Assembly (NCBI GenBank): GCA_973895155.1
Contig: OZ316896.1
Coordinates: forward strand, 496,001-560,000
DNA from: Marsupella aquatica
Taxonomy: Eukaryota > Plantae > Marchantiophyta
Length of the DNA stretch: 64,000 nt
Reading direction: 5' to 3'
Below are positions 60,281 to 64,000 of this stretch, in pieces. The notes under the pieces are model-generated. The model did not search any database. It was not told the DNA's origin and saw only the letters and a list, made by a program, of their open reading frames with translations. The translations under genes were made by a program, and so were the position numbers. Numbering within the stretch: position 1 is the stretch's first letter; every line of letters starts with the position of its first letter.

Positions 60281-63200
60281 GCTCTCTTTCGTCCACCTTT
60301 CCTTCCTTTCCTTTTTGTCGCTCTCACTCAGGGTGTCCACCACGGGCGCCAATTTCCCTAGGGGTGGTATCCCTTTGTGTCCCACCTCGTGGTGGGTCTA
60401 GAGAGATTACACCTTGTGTCCCTACCCTTGCAAAGATGATAATCTGCTACCCACACTAGTTGGATTACACAAATTGAAAAAGTACAGAAGAGACGGTCGT
60501 CCAATACCCGAAAAGGTGCTGCCACAAGAAACTTAAACCGAGTAATCATTCATTCATGCAATTCCGGATTGTGGAAGTCTCCTCCTCTGTACCACCACCC
60601 GACTCGTTCTCCATGATGATGATATCAGTGTGGCACCAATTTGAGAACCATGGTGCATTACCGATCGGTAAAACACTGACATTGCAGCCTTGGAAAGAGA
60701 CGAAAGAAGACAGCCTATGCATGTCGAGCAGAAAGGGAAGCGGGTGAGGGCCACTTCATGTCTTTGCTACTCTACACATCTGCCTCTTCGCAAAGATGTT
60801 TACTCACCCTGTTGCGATATATTATGTAACCTCTCCCTCCTTGCTGCAACATGCGTACTCCTTTTCGCTCAATTATGAAATTATATATCTCCTTTGGTTT
60901 TGGCTGAGTTCTGCCTGTCTATCTATTCTTCGTCGGCGAGGAAATCTTTCCATGTCTTCCTCTTCCATAGACTGTCCATCTTTCCTTACTACGTAAATTG
61001 TCTCTCTCCCTTTCTCTTTGCTGATTATTCAAATTCCCTGTGTCTCTCTGCACTCTATACGTGCCTCTCTTCTGCGGCTGGGAAATATCTATCTTCCTTC
61101 ACTGAATTCAGCCTCTCCCCTCTCTCCTCTCCTCTTTGGTGCAGACGGTGTAGCTCTGGTTCACCTCGATAAAAAAACTCCCTTTCTTGGCTGCATTAGT
61201 ATCTCTCGTGTCGGCAGCTGAAAAATGTCCTGAAAAATGTCCTCATTCCCGTCGTCCTTTGAGAGTAATATATTCGCTTCTCTTTCCTGTTTCTATGCCA
61301 TAAAAATAAAACTGTTCCTCTCCACTTCATCATAGGACTCCATATTCATGACAGCGATTGCGTCTCCGTATCATCTTCTTGGCTACTGGACTGAAGACGA
61401 AGCCCAGAAAATCTCTCCTCCTTTTGCTTTTACTGACGAATTCCGTCCCGCTTTGGTCATCATGTCACTCAGTCTTTGGCCAGACGTCATCAATCCATCA
61501 TCTTATGGCTACACTAGGTCCCTCCCCGGCCACAGCAATTAATTAAGAGGTCCATCCTTTTTTTCTGTCATTGGGCACGGATTCTGTTACCTCTCTGCAT
61601 CCTTACGGTACATCAAACAGTCTGAGAGCCACATTGCATCGGTGGGTTGGGAGCATCAAAGCCCATAGCCTACTTTAGCTGTGGCAGACCATTCACTATT
61701 ATTTTTGGACTCACTTTTAAATTGCAATCATGTGTGGTCTTGTGTGTAGAGAGACAGCCTTAGAGCACTCCCACTGGTCCGCTATTAGGCCCCGGCAAGG
61801 AGCAAGTGTGGTGCGCCCGGCCGGCGCGCCCAGTTTTTAAACCCCCACCATACCCCGGTCTGCACACCCAAAATGGCAGCCCGGTGTTTTTCTTGCCGAG
61901 GCTGGGGTCCTGCACTCCCAGGTGATATGAGTGTGAGAGGCAAGATAGGTGGGAAGCTCATCGAACCCTTCACAAACCGGGAGGCATAGGCACCTCACCG
62001 GCTCACTAAACTCCCTAATGTGGGGCTGTATGGTGTGCGCCGGTGGGAGTGACACTATCCCCAGTTTTTGTCCTCACTGCCTTTTTTAAGCAGGAAGGCT
62101 CAAGCATTCACTCTTTTGCAGAGGGCTGAGGCTCTAGCCTTTAGGGCTCCTAGACAAATTCCTCTTAGCTACCCTCCTATCTGTAGGGCTTTATTTCCTT
62201 TGCCATTGTATGCGACTCTTGGGCTTTTTTGGCTCTTTGATCTTCTCAAGCATTTTCCCCTTGTTTTGTTGTTTTGTCTCTACCCAACTCTTGCCTTTTG
62301 CTTTCAATTGTGACTCCTGGGCTTTTTGGCTCTTTGTCTCCCTAATATTTTCCCGTTGTTTTGTCTTGTGTCTCCACCCAACTTCTGACTTTTGATTTTA
62401 ATTTTCCTTCCTGTTCTCTATACCCTTTTCCCTCTCTGCTCTCTCATGCCCACCAGTCCTAGCTCATAACCTATGCTTGGTTAAGTTTAGTGGGAATGAT
62501 TTGACCAAATTTAGAGGAACATGTAAGAGCTGACGTACCAATGCTAGGCCAACTTTAGCAGGATTGTACCTAGGTGTGACTAGTGGGAATGATTCAACTA
62601 ACTTTAGAGGGAATGACTTGGTTCAATGGTGACCAAGTTAGTTTATAATCTAATCATTCTAGGTAATGTGATTCGGACACCAACCCTTTGCTCTCCCTGG
62701 AAACTGTAACAGCTTTTTCTTTGGCAAAACTTTTTTCTGTTTTGTCCAGTTTATTTGGAGGAATCTTCCTGTCACCACTAGTGGTGACAACAGATTCTAT
62801 TTAGTAAAGAGGACTGGCAACCTTCCGGAACCACCTTTCAAGAAGATTGGGAGCAGCATTTTTTTGTGTATTAGCCAAGATGGCTCCCTACTAGCCTATA
62901 GAGTCAGGAAGGTTGGCTACTGCATCTGCTTTGGGTTGCAGCCAGCTGGCTAATAGTCTATGGTTAAGAGTATGTTCACTGGCTAATCCCAAAGTTTAGC
63001 AGTGCACTCATGTGGGAAATGGTAACTTGAACAACTGCTCTTTTTAATAGAAACTTCAAAATTAACATATTGGGAAATCTTCTTAGCTCTGCTAGCTCAT
63101 TGTCATTGACCGGTGACTATGTACATTGCAAGGTAATGGGCACCAGGCTAACAACCCTTATCTGCCCAGGGCTTGCTGACAAATGCCAGCCCTTGATCCT

Positions 63201-64000
63201 GATGTGGCGAACGGCTGCTGTGCTTTCCAAGATTTAACCCAAGTATCATTAGCCAGCCCCTTCTCTATGTAAGTTTTTGGCAAATTTCTGCCCACCAAAA
63301 AATGGGTAGTTGGGGTTCTCTCCCCCATCCAAGGTTTGTTTTTTTGGCAAGCAAGAGATCTTGCTGACAATGACCAGGTGACAATGAAAAACCTTTTCTT
63401 TGCCAAATTCACGTAGTGGGGTCAGAATTTGGCTAACTTTTCAATGAAAAACCATTCAGAGATTAAGGAAATTGACAATTGAGGGTGGGGCTACTGCATC
63501 TGCTTCCCCACCCATCACAATTGCTGGAAAATTAGCCAAGGGTTAGCTATGCAAAAGAAGACTTGATGGAGTTTGGGAGTGAACAAAGCTTCAGGCCAGG
63601 CCCCTCCTTTCAAAAAGGACTGTCTTATTGGGGCCCCTGTGACCTGCCACCCGTCTCTTCTCCCTTCCCATCTTTATGGTATTACAATTGTGGTTAGGCC
63701 CTGCATGGTCAGAGTTTAGGGAGCTAGGCAACAAGTGTAGGATATAGCAAGAGAGTGAGGCACCAAGGCCGGATGCCTGAATGCTTGAAGGAGAGAGAGA
63801 TAGGAAGAATTAAACATCAAACAATTCCCTAAACCCTACAACATCAACTGTACACAGAGGGAGGGGTTTTTTGGGCTAGTGGTTTTGCCAAGGAAGCAGG
63901 AGGTGGTGGAGAGGCGAGAGGATGATGCCATAAGGTTTAGTCTCTCAATGTTTCTTCCCCTAGCTTCTCTCTTCTCTTTCATTTCATTCAGCAACATCCA

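Noticed and set aside
60173-60338. Duplicated GGACACCCTGAGTGA (DTLSES) around the STAT-like start
   Set aside because: A 15-bp repeat with no other structure, too little to interpret.

Overview
This is eukaryotic land-plant nuclear DNA. The gene style and TE content suggest a seed-free plant such as a bryophyte, which is an inference. From left to right the window holds: (1) the 3' part of an uninterrupted Ty1/copia LTR retrotransposon (INT-RT-RNaseH, PPT, 3' LTR) inserted into an older, oppositely oriented LTR of a related family; (2) an 11-exon UPF3 (NMD factor) gene on the minus strand; (3) a 5'-truncated non-LTR retrotransposon with a restriction-like endonuclease (CRE-like); (4) a ~26-exon kinesin-7 gene with a C-terminal RING finger on the plus strand; (5) three tandem, intact 3-exon SABATH carboxyl-methyltransferase genes on the minus strand, interspersed with a Mutator-like non-autonomous element (9-bp TSD), a truncated L1 (15-bp TSD) and an internally deleted PIF/Harbinger element (TAA TSD); (6) a plant STAT-like SH2-domain gene (SHA/SHB type) on the minus strand. 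I saw no rRNA, tRNA or CRISPR features. I cannot demonstrate a wholly new biological system. The best leads are the RLE-type retroelement, a possible PTC-generating alternative acceptor in UPF3, and active-site divergence in the TE-remodelled SABATH array. All exon coordinates were read by eye from GT-AG sites and reading-frame continuity.
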